Source of the DNA: an uncultured delta proteobacterium
GTDB lineage: Bacteria > Desulfobacterota > Binatia > UBA9968
NCBI GenBank assembly: GCA_963771465.1
Contig: CAVYTU010000009.1
Coordinates: 64,001 to 128,000 of the forward strand
Length of the DNA stretch: 64,000 nucleotides
Direction: 5' to 3'
The notes beneath the pieces are model-generated. The model had not been told where the DNA came from. It made no database searches and saw only the letters and a list, made by a program, of their open reading frames with translations. Position numbers and translations under genes: made by a program. Below are positions 44,735-53,818 of this stretch, piece by piece; the first letter of the stretch is position 1, and every line of letters starts with the position of its first letter.

Positions 44735-45239
44735 GCGTCCTTCTCTTGCCTGGCCGTCGTCTTCCGTCAGATTGACAATCCTCGCGTCGGGTTGGATTTA
44801 TCCGTCACTGTTAAAGAGCTTGTCACTTGGTTCGTCATCAACCATGAGTGCGAGTCTATCATTTCGATACCGAGTCAGAACTTGCTTGGTATTTGGCTTG
44901 CCTGGAATGTGGGGCTAATGAGCCATTAGGTGTCGTCAAAAAATCCCAACGACCTAAAGCTCTCTCCGAAAAATACTCAGCGCAGAACGCCACAACGTGA
45001 TAAAGGAAGGACTGGCTTTGTACTGCCGATGAAAGTCCCGTAGCCATCGTTATATTTAGTGGTTCGCTCAGGCTTGTCCGATGACTATCCGAACGGCCAG
45101 CGTTCTGTGGCGAGCGAGATTATTATTCGCATCCTGGCTGCAATCGGATTCCCCGGGTCGCGACCTATGAATGCGTGGTCACTCCGTCCGATAGGCCGCA
45201 TTCCCATTTTCTTTCTTCTAAGAAGATAATGATGCCGAT

Positions 45240-45256
45240 TTCAGGGATTTCCTGAT
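45240..45256 (+). promoter_or_regulatory. 17-bp operator variant
   Basis: TTCAGGGATTTCCTGAT. Confidence 0.55.
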
Positions 45257-45340
45257 AGGAATTTCTTGCCTCTAGTGTCAAAGCGGTCAGGTAGCGCCTC
45301 GGTGATTGATAATTCAACAGTCCAAGACGGGGAAGAGGGT

Positions 45341-45360
45341 ATTGGACCAAAGTCCAATAG
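45341..45360. promoter_or_regulatory. Palindrome ATTGGAC-CAAA-GTCCAAT, copy 2
   Basis: Identical to 15911-15930. Confidence 0.55.
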
Positions 45361-45455
45361 AAAAGCTTTCCGCGCCTCGTTAGTTCGCGTTGGAATGCCA
45401 TCAATTGAATCGCTATTGATCGGATAATAAACCTAAACACTATTAAGGAGGCTAT

Positions 45456-45548
45456 ATGAAGCTATTTAGGATGGTGCTTACGGGGATCATGCTTGTGGGT
45501 TTAACATCCGTCGCCTCCGACCATATCGCTACGCGCTCTTCTTCATGA
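45456..45548 (+). pseudogene. Signal-peptide stub paralogous to the gene at 19374
   Basis: TAAGGAG RBS; MKLFRMVLTGIMLVGLTSV versus MKTFGMILTAVMLLVGLTSV. Confidence 0.6.
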
Positions 45549-45893
45549 CGGACGACGTACTGTTGCATCTTCTTTTTTGACCGAAGGGCTCTACATCGTT
45601 GATGAGGACAGCAATGGATCATTGGCTAAACAAATGCGCCAGGACTGATATTTCTTAAAGAGCTTTCCACTTGGTTTATATTGAACCATAAGTTGAGCCT
45701 GGTATTTGGATCGAAGGCGAGTCAGAACTTGCTTGATATTTTGCTTGCGTCGAATGCGGAGCTAACGACCGGCGATCGGCCCAATCCCGGGCGGGTTTTA
45801 CTGATACAACATCCAAGTAGTAGTGTGGCAACAGCCACAATAATTCCTAATGCGAAAATAGAATCGGAAATTTTGTTGGTGAGGGGTCCTGCC

Positions 45894-46106
45894 ATGGCAA
45901 TAGAATTTCGGTCCGATCTCAAAGGAATCTGGCATTGGTGCTCCGACTGCCGATATTGGCCAGCAAACTCGTTCGACATTCTAAACACCCAAACACTGCC
46001 ACCCGGTTTTAAGAGCTGCCCGGAATGCACGGTCCTAGCTCCCATCGATGGATTCATAGCGCTGTCCGAATCACCTTCACGATCCCTGCGTCCGAAAGCC
46101 CGGTGA
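45894..46106 (+). CDS. Small Cys-rich hypothetical protein
   Basis: GAGGGG RBS; WHWCSDCRYWP...CPEC. Confidence 0.5.
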   Translation: MAIEFRSDLKGIWHWCSDCRYWPANSFDILNTQTLPPGFKSCPECTVLAPIDGFIALSESPSRSLRPKAR

Positions 46107-46134
46107 GCACGAGAAAACTCGGTCATAGAAGATC

Positions 46135-46337
46135 AGACCGACGCCCAAAGCACGTCAACACTCGCGCCAAAGCAGCGATGATGATCGCCTTGGATCGGCA
46201 TCGAAAGTACGTGGTGCAGTCGCAAAGATACTATGAAAAGAAACGCAGCGAGGGAAAGAAACACAATCAGGCTGTCCGAGCTCTAGGTCGACACTTGTCT
46301 CGGATCATCTACAAAATGCTCACCGAAGAACGTCCCC
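46135..46337 (+). mobile_element. IS110-family transposase C-terminal remnant
   Basis: SQRYYEKKRSEGKKHNQAVRALGRHLSRIIYKML. Confidence 0.7.
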
Positions 46338-46928
46338 AAAAAGGGAATAACAAGACAAAGGTCAGTCCGAGATCGTCGATTAAAACGCAAATATGGAGGC
46401 CGAAAATCTTATCCAGGAAAAACAAATAACAAAAACTTCGTAGAGCACGTACCTCAGCCTCATCCACTTGAAATTCTCAGCGGGATGATCAGACTCTTAC
46501 GTCTCGATTTTCGCCGCCATCAACAACCTTTGCCAACAACCTAGGAACACCGATCAACACAATACCCGAACCTGAACTGTCCATCCATAAGGATACGCTC
46601 CCAGGCGCTCCGTTCGAGGTTTAATTCCAAAGCCTGTTCCAATCGCTCAACCGGTTCCATCATCACCTTATGACCTCTGATCAATCGTATGAATCTCTCG
46701 ATTTCGCGAGTCGAAGCGAAATTGCTCATAGGGAACGACCCTTTCAAGCGCTCGGGCGAAGACATTAAGTGGTGCGGCAATCATTCAGCCAAAATTTTCG
46801 TTACCCTACTGGAATCACCGTCGCTGTGACAAGGGACGGGAAAGGATAAAGACAAAGGAATAGAGGATAAAAGCCGTGGACGCGATCGTGGTGGGAATAC
46901 TCGTGTTCGTGGTGTCTCCAGCCTATCG

Positions 46929-47420
46929 TTAGAGCAACTCTAGAATTTCCGACCTTAAGTTGCCACGATGAATTTCTAACCGCGCGATTGTGACCGGCAG
47001 CTTAAACCTTCTCGGTCCGGCGCTGCCGGGATTTACGAACAAGACATCGCCGCGCTGAACGATGCTTGGCTTGTGGGAATGACCGCTGATCACGGCGCGA
47101 ATTCCTGCGGCGTTGGGAATTTCTTCAAGATCGTTGACGTTATGGATCACGTGTAATTTGATGCCATTGATCTGGAAATTGAGAATGTCCGGAAGTGTCT
47201 TTGACCATGCATCGCGGTCGTTGTTGCCGCGGATGGCATGCACTGGTGCGACGGAACACAGGGATTGAAGTACTTGGGGCTTGCCGATGTCACCACCATG
47301 AATAATCAGCTCAACTCCCTTCAACGCAGCCAAAGCTTCGGGACGAACCAAGCCGTGGGTGTCGGAGATCACGCCGATAATGCCTTTTTTGATTTCGATC
47401 CGTTTCTTCCGAACTAGCAT
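46929..47420 (-). CDS. YfcE-like metallophosphoesterase
   Basis: ISDTHG, HGGD, RGNND, GHSHKP, NPGSAG. Confidence 0.92.
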   Translation of the reverse strand: MLVRKKRIEIKKGIIGVISDTHGLVRPEALAALKGVELIIHGGDIGKPQVLQSLCSVAPVHAIRGNNDRDAWSKTLPDILNFQINGIKLHVIHNVNDLEEIPNAAGIRAVISGHSHKPSIVQRGDVLFVNPGSAGPRRFKLPVTIARLEIHRGNLRSEILELL

Positions 47421-47491
47421 GACCAGCCTGATTTAGCTTGATTCCGTCTCCGGCGCAATTCTATATTGGCTGTAGGTCAACGGAGGTTCCT

Positions 47492-47995
47492 ATGTTTCCT
47501 CATCTTCAAAGTTTTAATTTGCAGAAATGGATCGACGAGAACCGCGGTAGTTGGGGCCAGCGTAGAGTCATCTGGCAGGACTCGGATTATATCGCCTTCG
47601 TAACGCGCGGACCGAACCGGCGCAAGGACTACCACATCAATCCCGGCGACGAGATTTTTTATCAACTGGAAGGTGAGCTTAACCTGCACTACTTGAAGAA
47701 TCGGGAGCGAGAATTAGCGGTGCTCAAGGCCGGCGATATATTTCTCATGCCGAAGAACACACCGCACTCACCGCGGCGCGCCGATGGCTCCTGGACTTAT
47801 GTAGTAGAAAGAACCCGAACCCAAGAAGAAATCGACCGGTTTATTTGGCCCTGCGAGAAATGCGGCAATAATCTCTATGCCACGGATGTGCGCTTCGACG
47901 ATCCCGGCGATGCGGTCAATAAAGCGACCGCGGCGCTAAAAGCGGATGCGAAACTAGCGACGTGCAAGCAGTGCGGTGAGATATTGGATCTTTAA
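47492..47995 (+). CDS. nbaC: 3-hydroxyanthranilate 3,4-dioxygenase-like cupin
   Basis: GGAGG RBS; GPNRRKDYH...EIFYQ...PHSPRR...VER; CEKC/CKQC rubredoxin-like site. Confidence 0.82.
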   Translation: MFPHLQSFNLQKWIDENRGSWGQRRVIWQDSDYIAFVTRGPNRRKDYHINPGDEIFYQLEGELNLHYLKNRERELAVLKAGDIFLMPKNTPHSPRRADGSWTYVVERTRTQEEIDRFIWPCEKCGNNLYATDVRFDDPGDAVNKATAALKADAKLATCKQCGEILDL

Positions 47996-48039
47996 ACAAG
48001 CTCAAGCGATTCTTTTAACAACTTAAAGTAATCGACGAG

Positions 48040-50334
48040 CTAAGATTTGGCCTGTAGTGCGCGCCAAACTTTCGGCGGCGTGAGCGGTAAGTCCTGAATG
48101 CGCACACCGACGGCGCGCGAAACCGCATTGGCGATGGCCGAGGCGACGGGCAACAGTCCTCCCTCGCCCATGCCTTTGGCTCCGAACGGTCCTGGCCCGT
48201 TACCGTTTTCGATTAGAATCGTGTGCAGCTTGTCCGGCAAATCTTTAAACGTCGGCACGCGGTAATCGACCATGTTGCCGTTGAGCAATTGGCCATCTTC
48301 GTAGACCATCTCTTCCATGAGCGTATGGCCGATGCCGAACATGACCGCGCCTTCGTCCTGACCGATGCACTGTTCCGGATTGATCGCCTTGCCGGCGTCG
48401 CAGGCCGAAACGTAATTGAGCAGCTTAACGTTACCCGTATCGCGGTCGACCTCGACTTCGACGCCGCCCCAACCGACTTCCCAGAAGGTTGTCGTCGAGC
48501 CGAGCACGGCCTTGGCGCTGCGTTTGTCTTTGTAGAGGCCTTTACCAATGATTTCTCCGGCCTTGCTGCCAAAGAAGTCGACAATCACTTTACTGAATGA
48601 AATGCTCTGCCCCTTGTTTGTGACCACCTGGCCATCTTTGAGTTTCAAGCTATCGGCTTTTTGCTTTAAGACTTTCGCCGCGCATTGGAGCAATTGCTTT
48701 CTGGCATCCTCGGCGGCGCGTTGCACGGCGGTGCCCATGACCACTGTCGAGCTGCTGGCACTGGTGGAAATATCGTAGGGCGTTACGTCGGTATCGAGTT
48801 GGGCGACGCCGATCTGATCCATCGGCAGCGCCAATTCTTCGGCGACGATTTGGCTCAGCGCGGTGCGCGGCCCCTGCCCGGCTTCAACGGTGCCGGTGAG
48901 CAGCATGACGCTGCCGTCGGAGGACATCTTAACCGTCGCGCCGGCAACTTTGTACGTCCCGCCGGCATCTTTCATGCAGCAACTAATGCCCTTGGCGCGA
49001 TTGGGCTTATGGCTCTTTTCACTCCACTTGATCGCATCGGCGACCTTGAGCAAGCCTTCTTTCAGGTCGCAGTCTACCGGTGTATCGCCAACCGTATAAA
49101 GGTCGCCTTTTTTAAGCAGGTTCTTGATGCGAAACTCCAATGGGTCAAGACCGAGCCGATCGGCGATCATGTCCATCTGCGATTCGTAGGCCCAAGTGAC
49201 TTGCAGGGCGCCGAAACCGCGAAATGCGCCCGCGGGCACAGTGTTGGTATAAACTCCGTACGCTTCGACCTTGGCATAGGGAGTTCGATATGGCCCGAGC
49301 GCGCGATAGCCCGCCTTCTGCGTCACCCGCGGTCCTGCGTCAGCGTAGGCGCCCGTGTCCATGTAAACCTGGCAATCGCGCGCGATGAGCTTGCCGTCCT
49401 TGGTCACCCCGGTCTTCACCGTGACGCGCGCCGGATGGCGTGTGACAGTCTTGAAACTTTCGTTGATCGAGAGCTGCAACTTTACCGGCCGCCGCGTCAT
49501 CCAGGTCAGCGCCGCTGCGATCGGCTCGGCTTTGACATAAAGCTTGCCGCCGTAGCCACCGCCCACGTAGGGCACGATGACGCGAATGCGGCTGCACGGT
49601 AGCTTGAAAATTCCCGACAAATGATCGCGCAAGGTGAATGGGTCCTGACATGACGCCCAGACGGTTAACTTTTCGCCGTCATAGTAGGCGACATTGTTGT
49701 GCGCCTCGAGAGAGAAGTGCTGCACCTTTTGAAAGCGGAAGGTGTCTTCAAAAATATGCTCGGCTTTGGCAAATCCCTTCTCGACATCCTCTCGCCCGAA
49801 GGTTAGGTAGTAGCAAATATTGGTGCTGCTGAACCGCTCTGGCGCGCCGTAGGTCGAGCCGCGCAACTCCGCGCGCGCTACGCCGCCTTCATGAACTTGA
49901 ATCGCACCGGGCGCAGTGGCTTCTTCGAGATTGGTCACCATCGGCAACTCTTCGTACTCGACTTCGATCAGCTCCAGCGCCTGCTCGGCGATCTCCGCCG
50001 TGTCCGCCAAGACCGCGGCCACCGGATCACCGACATAACGCACCTTGTCGACCGCGACGATGGACTGGTCTTTGTAAGTCGCACCGTATTTAAAATTAAA
50101 GCCCTGGATGTCGTCGCGAGTTAGCGTCGCGATGACACCGGGAAATTCTTTTGCCTTGGCGGCGTCGACCTTGACCAGTTTCGCGTGGGCCACCGGACTA
50201 CGCAGGATGCGCGCATGAGCCATGCCCGGCAACTGGATATCGCTGGTGTAGACCGCCTTGCCGCTGACCTTTTCGATGGCGTCGACGCGCTGCGCGTTGG
50301 TGCCGACGACTTTGAGATCGTGCTTGAACTTCAT
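48040..50334 (-). CDS. Xanthine dehydrogenase-family molybdopterin-binding large subunit
   Basis: ILRSPVAHA, GGGYGGK, GAFRGFG, GAKGMGE. Confidence 0.95.
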   Translation of the reverse strand: MKFKHDLKVVGTNAQRVDAIEKVSGKAVYTSDIQLPGMAHARILRSPVAHAKLVKVDAAKAKEFPGVIATLTRDDIQGFNFKYGATYKDQSIVAVDKVRYVGDPVAAVLADTAEIAEQALELIEVEYEELPMVTNLEEATAPGAIQVHEGGVARAELRGSTYGAPERFSSTNICYYLTFGREDVEKGFAKAEHIFEDTFRFQKVQHFSLEAHNNVAYYDGEKLTVWASCQDPFTLRDHLSGIFKLPCSRIRVIVPYVGGGYGGKLYVKAEPIAAALTWMTRRPVKLQLSINESFKTVTRHPARVTVKTGVTKDGKLIARDCQVYMDTGAYADAGPRVTQKAGYRALGPYRTPYAKVEAYGVYTNTVPAGAFRGFGALQVTWAYESQMDMIADRLGLDPLEFRIKNLLKKGDLYTVGDTPVDCDLKEGLLKVADAIKWSEKSHKPNRAKGISCCMKDAGGTYKVAGATVKMSSDGSVMLLTGTVEAGQGPRTALSQIVAEELALPMDQIGVAQLDTDVTPYDISTSASSSTVVMGTAVQRAAEDARKQLLQCAAKVLKQKADSLKLKDGQVVTNKGQSISFSKVIVDFFGSKAGEIIGKGLYKDKRSAKAVLGSTTTFWEVGWGGVEVEVDRDTGNVKLLNYVSACDAGKAINPEQCIGQDEGAVMFGIGHTLMEEMVYEDGQLLNGNMVDYRVPTFKDLPDKLHTILIENGNGPGPFGAKGMGEGGLLPVASAIANAVSRAVGVRIQDLPLTPPKVWRALQAKS

Positions 50335-50351
50335 GGTGTACTGTAGAAAGT

Positions 50352-50384
50352 AAAAAAAGCCACGGTGAGGTCATTACCGTGGCT
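50352..50384 (-). terminator. Rho-independent terminator after ubiD and the small ORF
   Basis: Minus strand AGCCACGGT-loop-ACCGTGGCT followed by a T run. Confidence 0.8.
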
Positions 50385-50396
50385 ATCAACCGCGAC

Positions 50397-50543
50397 TTAT
50401 TTGCGGATCTTTGGACTATCTTTTTCGGGGAAATATTTGTCGCAGAAAGGGCAATGAAAATCCATTCCCGATCCCAGCATATGCGGATTCACGACAAAAA
50501 TTTTCTTACAAGTTGGACAAGTGATTTCAACCGCCTGACCCAT
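50397..50543 (-). CDS. 48-aa Zn-ribbon protein downstream of ubiD (below the ORF-track length cut-off)
   Basis: GAGGAGG RBS; MGQAVEITCPTCKKIFVVNPHMLGSGMDFHCPFCDKYFPEKDSPKIRK*. Confidence 0.82.
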   Translation of the reverse strand: MGQAVEITCPTCKKIFVVNPHMLGSGMDFHCPFCDKYFPEKDSPKIRK

Positions 50544-50590
50544 GCTGCCTCCTCAATAAGTTTCGTAAACCGTGTTTGCTGCGCAACCAC

Positions 50591-52036
50591 TTACGCCCAG
50601 TAGGTCGTGCGGTCCATTGGAATATGCTGCAAAACTTCGCCCGGCACATAGTCTTCCAGCTTGATGCGCGCCATCGCTTCATCCGGGCACTTGGACACGG
50701 GTGAAAACGGCCGGTCCGTTGGTTTAGTCGCATCGACGATCATGCCCGACGTCTTGATCTCGTCGCGCAGTGACGGGTCCAAGAAATTGCCGCGGAACAG
50801 CGGCTTTAAAATATTCACCTGGAGATGCGGCTGCACCCGAGTCGCGACCGCCCAGAGAATGTCGGTGGGATTGAAAACATCAATGTCCTCATCGAACACA
50901 AAGACATTCTTGGTGTGGTCGAAGGTCAACGCGGCGGCTGCGGCGCGTGCCGGATCGCCCTCGGACATCTTTTTCATGGAGATAAAGACGTTATAGTGCG
51001 CATGGCGCCCTTGCTTGCAGACCGCCGTAACGCCGGGCACCGCTTCGCGGCAACGGCGTAAGTACGCGCCTTCTCGCGGCAGATCCATCCACGGTTTATC
51101 GCCTTCCGGCGTGATCACCGACTGATACATGGCGCCGTTACGATAATTGATCGCTTTAACTTCGTAATGCACGCAAGTCGTGTAGCGTTGCGGCCCAAGG
51201 TAACCCGGTGCTTCACCAAACGGGCCCTCGACCACCCGGCCACCAGGTCTGAGCACGCCTTCGATCACGACTTCAGCGTCAGCGGGTATAAGCAAATCGT
51301 CGCCAAAAGTTTCGGAAGCGACCAAGCGCAGCGGTTCACCCATATAGCCGCCAATCACGTCGTATTCACTGACTTCGAAAGGCCCGCTATAACAAGCGCC
51401 CATGTGAAAGGCCGGATGATGACCGAGCACCGTGGCGACCGGCATTTCCATGTTGTTTTCTTCGTAGTCCTTGAAAATTTTCCAGAGGTGGCGCGGTGAG
51501 GCATAAAGCGCGGTGGAAGTTTTCGATTTCACTTCCATGCGATGGTACGAGAGGTTGTAGATGCCCGACTTGCGGTCTTTGGTGATCGTCGACAAGACGA
51601 TATAAGGGCCGCCGTCCATCTCATGATGGCGCATGATCGGAATTTGATAGAGGTCGACTTTATCGCCGACCATGGTGTTTTCCTTGATCGGCGCGTCTTT
51701 TCTTTGAATGATCGTCGGCGGCACCCGATGCTCTTCCATCTCCAGACATTTTTCGGCCATCTGCGGCCGCGTCGCGGTGCGCGGCATGCCCAAAGCGATT
51801 TGCGTTTTGCCCTGGGAGATTTCGCAGTTCATGGTCAGCTTGATCGGCCCGACTTTACCATTCAAGTTCAATGGATTATCGAAAATGATGATGGGAAATT
51901 TTTTCTGCGCGCCAAGATGCTTAATAATCGCGGTAACGTCGTAATTGGCCGGATTCACCTCCTTGGTGACGTGAATCACTTCGCCAGGCAACTCGCGCTG
52001 GCAGTCGGCTATGAAAGTCCTCAAATCCTTCGCCAT
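50591..52036 (-). CDS. UbiD-family prFMN-dependent (de)carboxylase
   Basis: DLRTFI, DGGPY, NLSYHR, EGPFGEAPGY, DEDIDVFNP.DILWAVATRVQP. Confidence 0.93.
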   Translation of the reverse strand: MAKDLRTFIADCQRELPGEVIHVTKEVNPANYDVTAIIKHLGAQKKFPIIIFDNPLNLNGKVGPIKLTMNCEISQGKTQIALGMPRTATRPQMAEKCLEMEEHRVPPTIIQRKDAPIKENTMVGDKVDLYQIPIMRHHEMDGGPYIVLSTITKDRKSGIYNLSYHRMEVKSKTSTALYASPRHLWKIFKDYEENNMEMPVATVLGHHPAFHMGACYSGPFEVSEYDVIGGYMGEPLRLVASETFGDDLLIPADAEVVIEGVLRPGGRVVEGPFGEAPGYLGPQRYTTCVHYEVKAINYRNGAMYQSVITPEGDKPWMDLPREGAYLRRCREAVPGVTAVCKQGRHAHYNVFISMKKMSEGDPARAAAAALTFDHTKNVFVFDEDIDVFNPTDILWAVATRVQPHLQVNILKPLFRGNFLDPSLRDEIKTSGMIVDATKPTDRPFSPVSKCPDEAMARIKLEDYVPGEVLQHIPMDRTTYWA

Positions 52037-52133
52037 TTAGGCCTCCTGCGAGAAATATATGAAATTGTTTATGCAAAAAGATTTATCGGATGGGGTTCTG
52101 CTTGTCAATTGAAACAGCAAGTTTGCACCCCGA

Positions 52134-52433
52134 TTAAGAAGACGAGATGCGGCTTTTCCAGTATCCTGGTTCGCGACTGCAATGCATCACGGCGACAATG
52201 AGAACGTAATCTGTTTCGATCGTGTACAAGATGCCATATGGAAAAACTCGGGTAAGGCAACGGCGCACGTCTTCGTCAACGATACGCCATCGATCGGGCG
52301 TGTCGACAACGCGTCCGATAGCATCTTCGACCGATTGGATAAACCGACGGGCTAATTGTGGATCGCGTTCAGCGTAGTAGCGACTGGCTTCTTGATACTC
52401 TTGTAGCGCCTCGGGATGAAACTCGAAGTTCAT
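52134..52433 (-). CDS. ParE/RelE-family toxin
   Basis: FHPEALQE...RRCLTRVFPYGILY...VAVMHCSREPGYW. Confidence 0.88.
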   Translation of the reverse strand: MNFEFHPEALQEYQEASRYYAERDPQLARRFIQSVEDAIGRVVDTPDRWRIVDEDVRRCLTRVFPYGILYTIETDYVLIVAVMHCSREPGYWKSRISSS

Positions 52434-52663
52434 CGGCGCAGCGCATCACGTACCTTCTGCAGCGCCGTTTGACCGGGAATTGCTTTGACTTGACCGCTTC
52501 GAACCTCGTCACGCCGGCGCTTTGCTTCAGAGACCCAGAGTTGATCGATCTGTCCGAGAACCTGGGTATCGAGGCTTTCCACAAGCAGGTCAGCTAGCTG
52601 AGCTCGTGATTCGTTCGAAAGCGCCATGGCCTGCTCGGCCAATTGTTCAATTGTTGTTACCAT
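52430..52663 (-). CDS. Addiction-module antitoxin
   Basis: ALSNESRAQLADLLVESLD...WVSEAKRR; ATGA overlap with the toxin. Confidence 0.85.
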   Translation of the reverse strand: MVTTIEQLAEQAMALSNESRAQLADLLVESLDTQVLGQIDQLWVSEAKRRRDEVRSGQVKAIPGQTALQKVRDALRR

Positions 52664-52733
52664 GCTTAGAGATTACCTTAACCTAGTGATGCCAACAAGT
52701 CTCAATTCTCTGGGTAATTTCTGCCGAGAAACC

Positions 52734-53570
52734 TCATTCAAACACCACCGACCGGTTGCCGTGCAAGAATACCCGCTCTTCGAGAACCAACTTCACTGCC
52801 TTCGCTAAGGTGATCTTTTCCGCGTCTCGGCCCGCCTGGACCATCGCCGTGGCGGTATAAGTGTGATTCACCGGGATCGTACTCTGGGCGATGATCGGCC
52901 CGGTGTCGAGATCATCGGTGACGATATGCGCGGTGGCGCCGATGATCTTCACGCCGCGCTGATAAGCTTGATGGTACGGTTTGGCGCCGATGAAGGCGGG
53001 TAAGAACGAGTGATGTATGTTGATGACGCGGTCGCGGTAACGCCCAACAAACGTCGGCGTCAAAATGCGCATATATTTGGCGAGCACGAGATAGTCAGGC
53101 GCATAGGAATCGATCACCTCCATGACGCGCTTTTCGTGCTCTACGCGATCCAGATCGTTATGGCTGACGCAGTGAAATGGAATGCCAAACGGTTTGACCA
53201 ATGAACCGAGCGTCTCGTGGTTGGCGACAACGGCTTTGATATCGGCAGGCAGCTCGCCGGAATAATGGCGAATCAACAGATCGCCTAAACAGTGCGCCTC
53301 CGTCGTTGCCAGGATGATTATGGGTTGGCGCTCCGCGGCAACTAGTTTCACCACCGACTCTTTCGGCAGCATCTGCTCAAGATATGAGACGACGGTCTTC
53401 GGCGCCGCCGGTCCTTCGAACGCCGTGCGCATGAAGAAATGCTTCGCTTCCAGGTCGACAAACTCTTGGTTGCTGAGGATGTTGTAACCTGCGTTAAACA
53501 AAACGCCGGTAATTTTGTGGACCAGACCTGGCTCGTCCGGACAGTCGATTCTCAAAATATGCGGCGGCAA
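52734..53570 (-). CDS. purU: Formyltetrahydrofolate deformylase
   Basis: ACT domain CPDEPGLV, HCLGDLL, INIHHSFLPAFIGAKPYHQA. Confidence 0.95.
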   Translation of the reverse strand: MPPHILRIDCPDEPGLVHKITGVLFNAGYNILSNQEFVDLEAKHFFMRTAFEGPAAPKTVVSYLEQMLPKESVVKLVAAERQPIIILATTEAHCLGDLLIRHYSGELPADIKAVVANHETLGSLVKPFGIPFHCVSHNDLDRVEHEKRVMEVIDSYAPDYLVLAKYMRILTPTFVGRYRDRVINIHHSFLPAFIGAKPYHQAYQRGVKIIGATAHIVTDDLDTGPIIAQSTIPVNHTYTATAMVQAGRDAEKITLAKAVKLVLEERVFLHGNRSVVFE

Positions 53571-53818
53571 GATTATGGTTTCCCTAAGATTTTCAGTCGC
53601 CGCAAGTATGGCATGGTCCGACGTTGAGATAAACGGCGCCGCGTAGTCTTACATCTCTACGTCAACGCGAAAGGTTTAGGGTATGTTATAGCGAGCCGAG
53701 CGACGAAGCTCGAAAGCGGATTACTTGCATTGAATGCGCAGCAATCAAAAATGAACAGCGGTAAACCGGAAAAATCTCTTCTTAGACTCGCATCAAATTC
53801 TCGCCAACTCTGAGCACC

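Noticed and set aside
44859-45047. Faint resemblance to a KlcA/ArdB antirestriction fragment (GRWDFLTTPNG)
   Set aside because: Too short and weak to support without a search.
9690-46900. Prophage, ICE or tRNA-anchored genomic island
   Set aside because: No integrase, tRNA, att repeats, or phage or conjugation genes seen; better described as an accreting, decaying accessory region.
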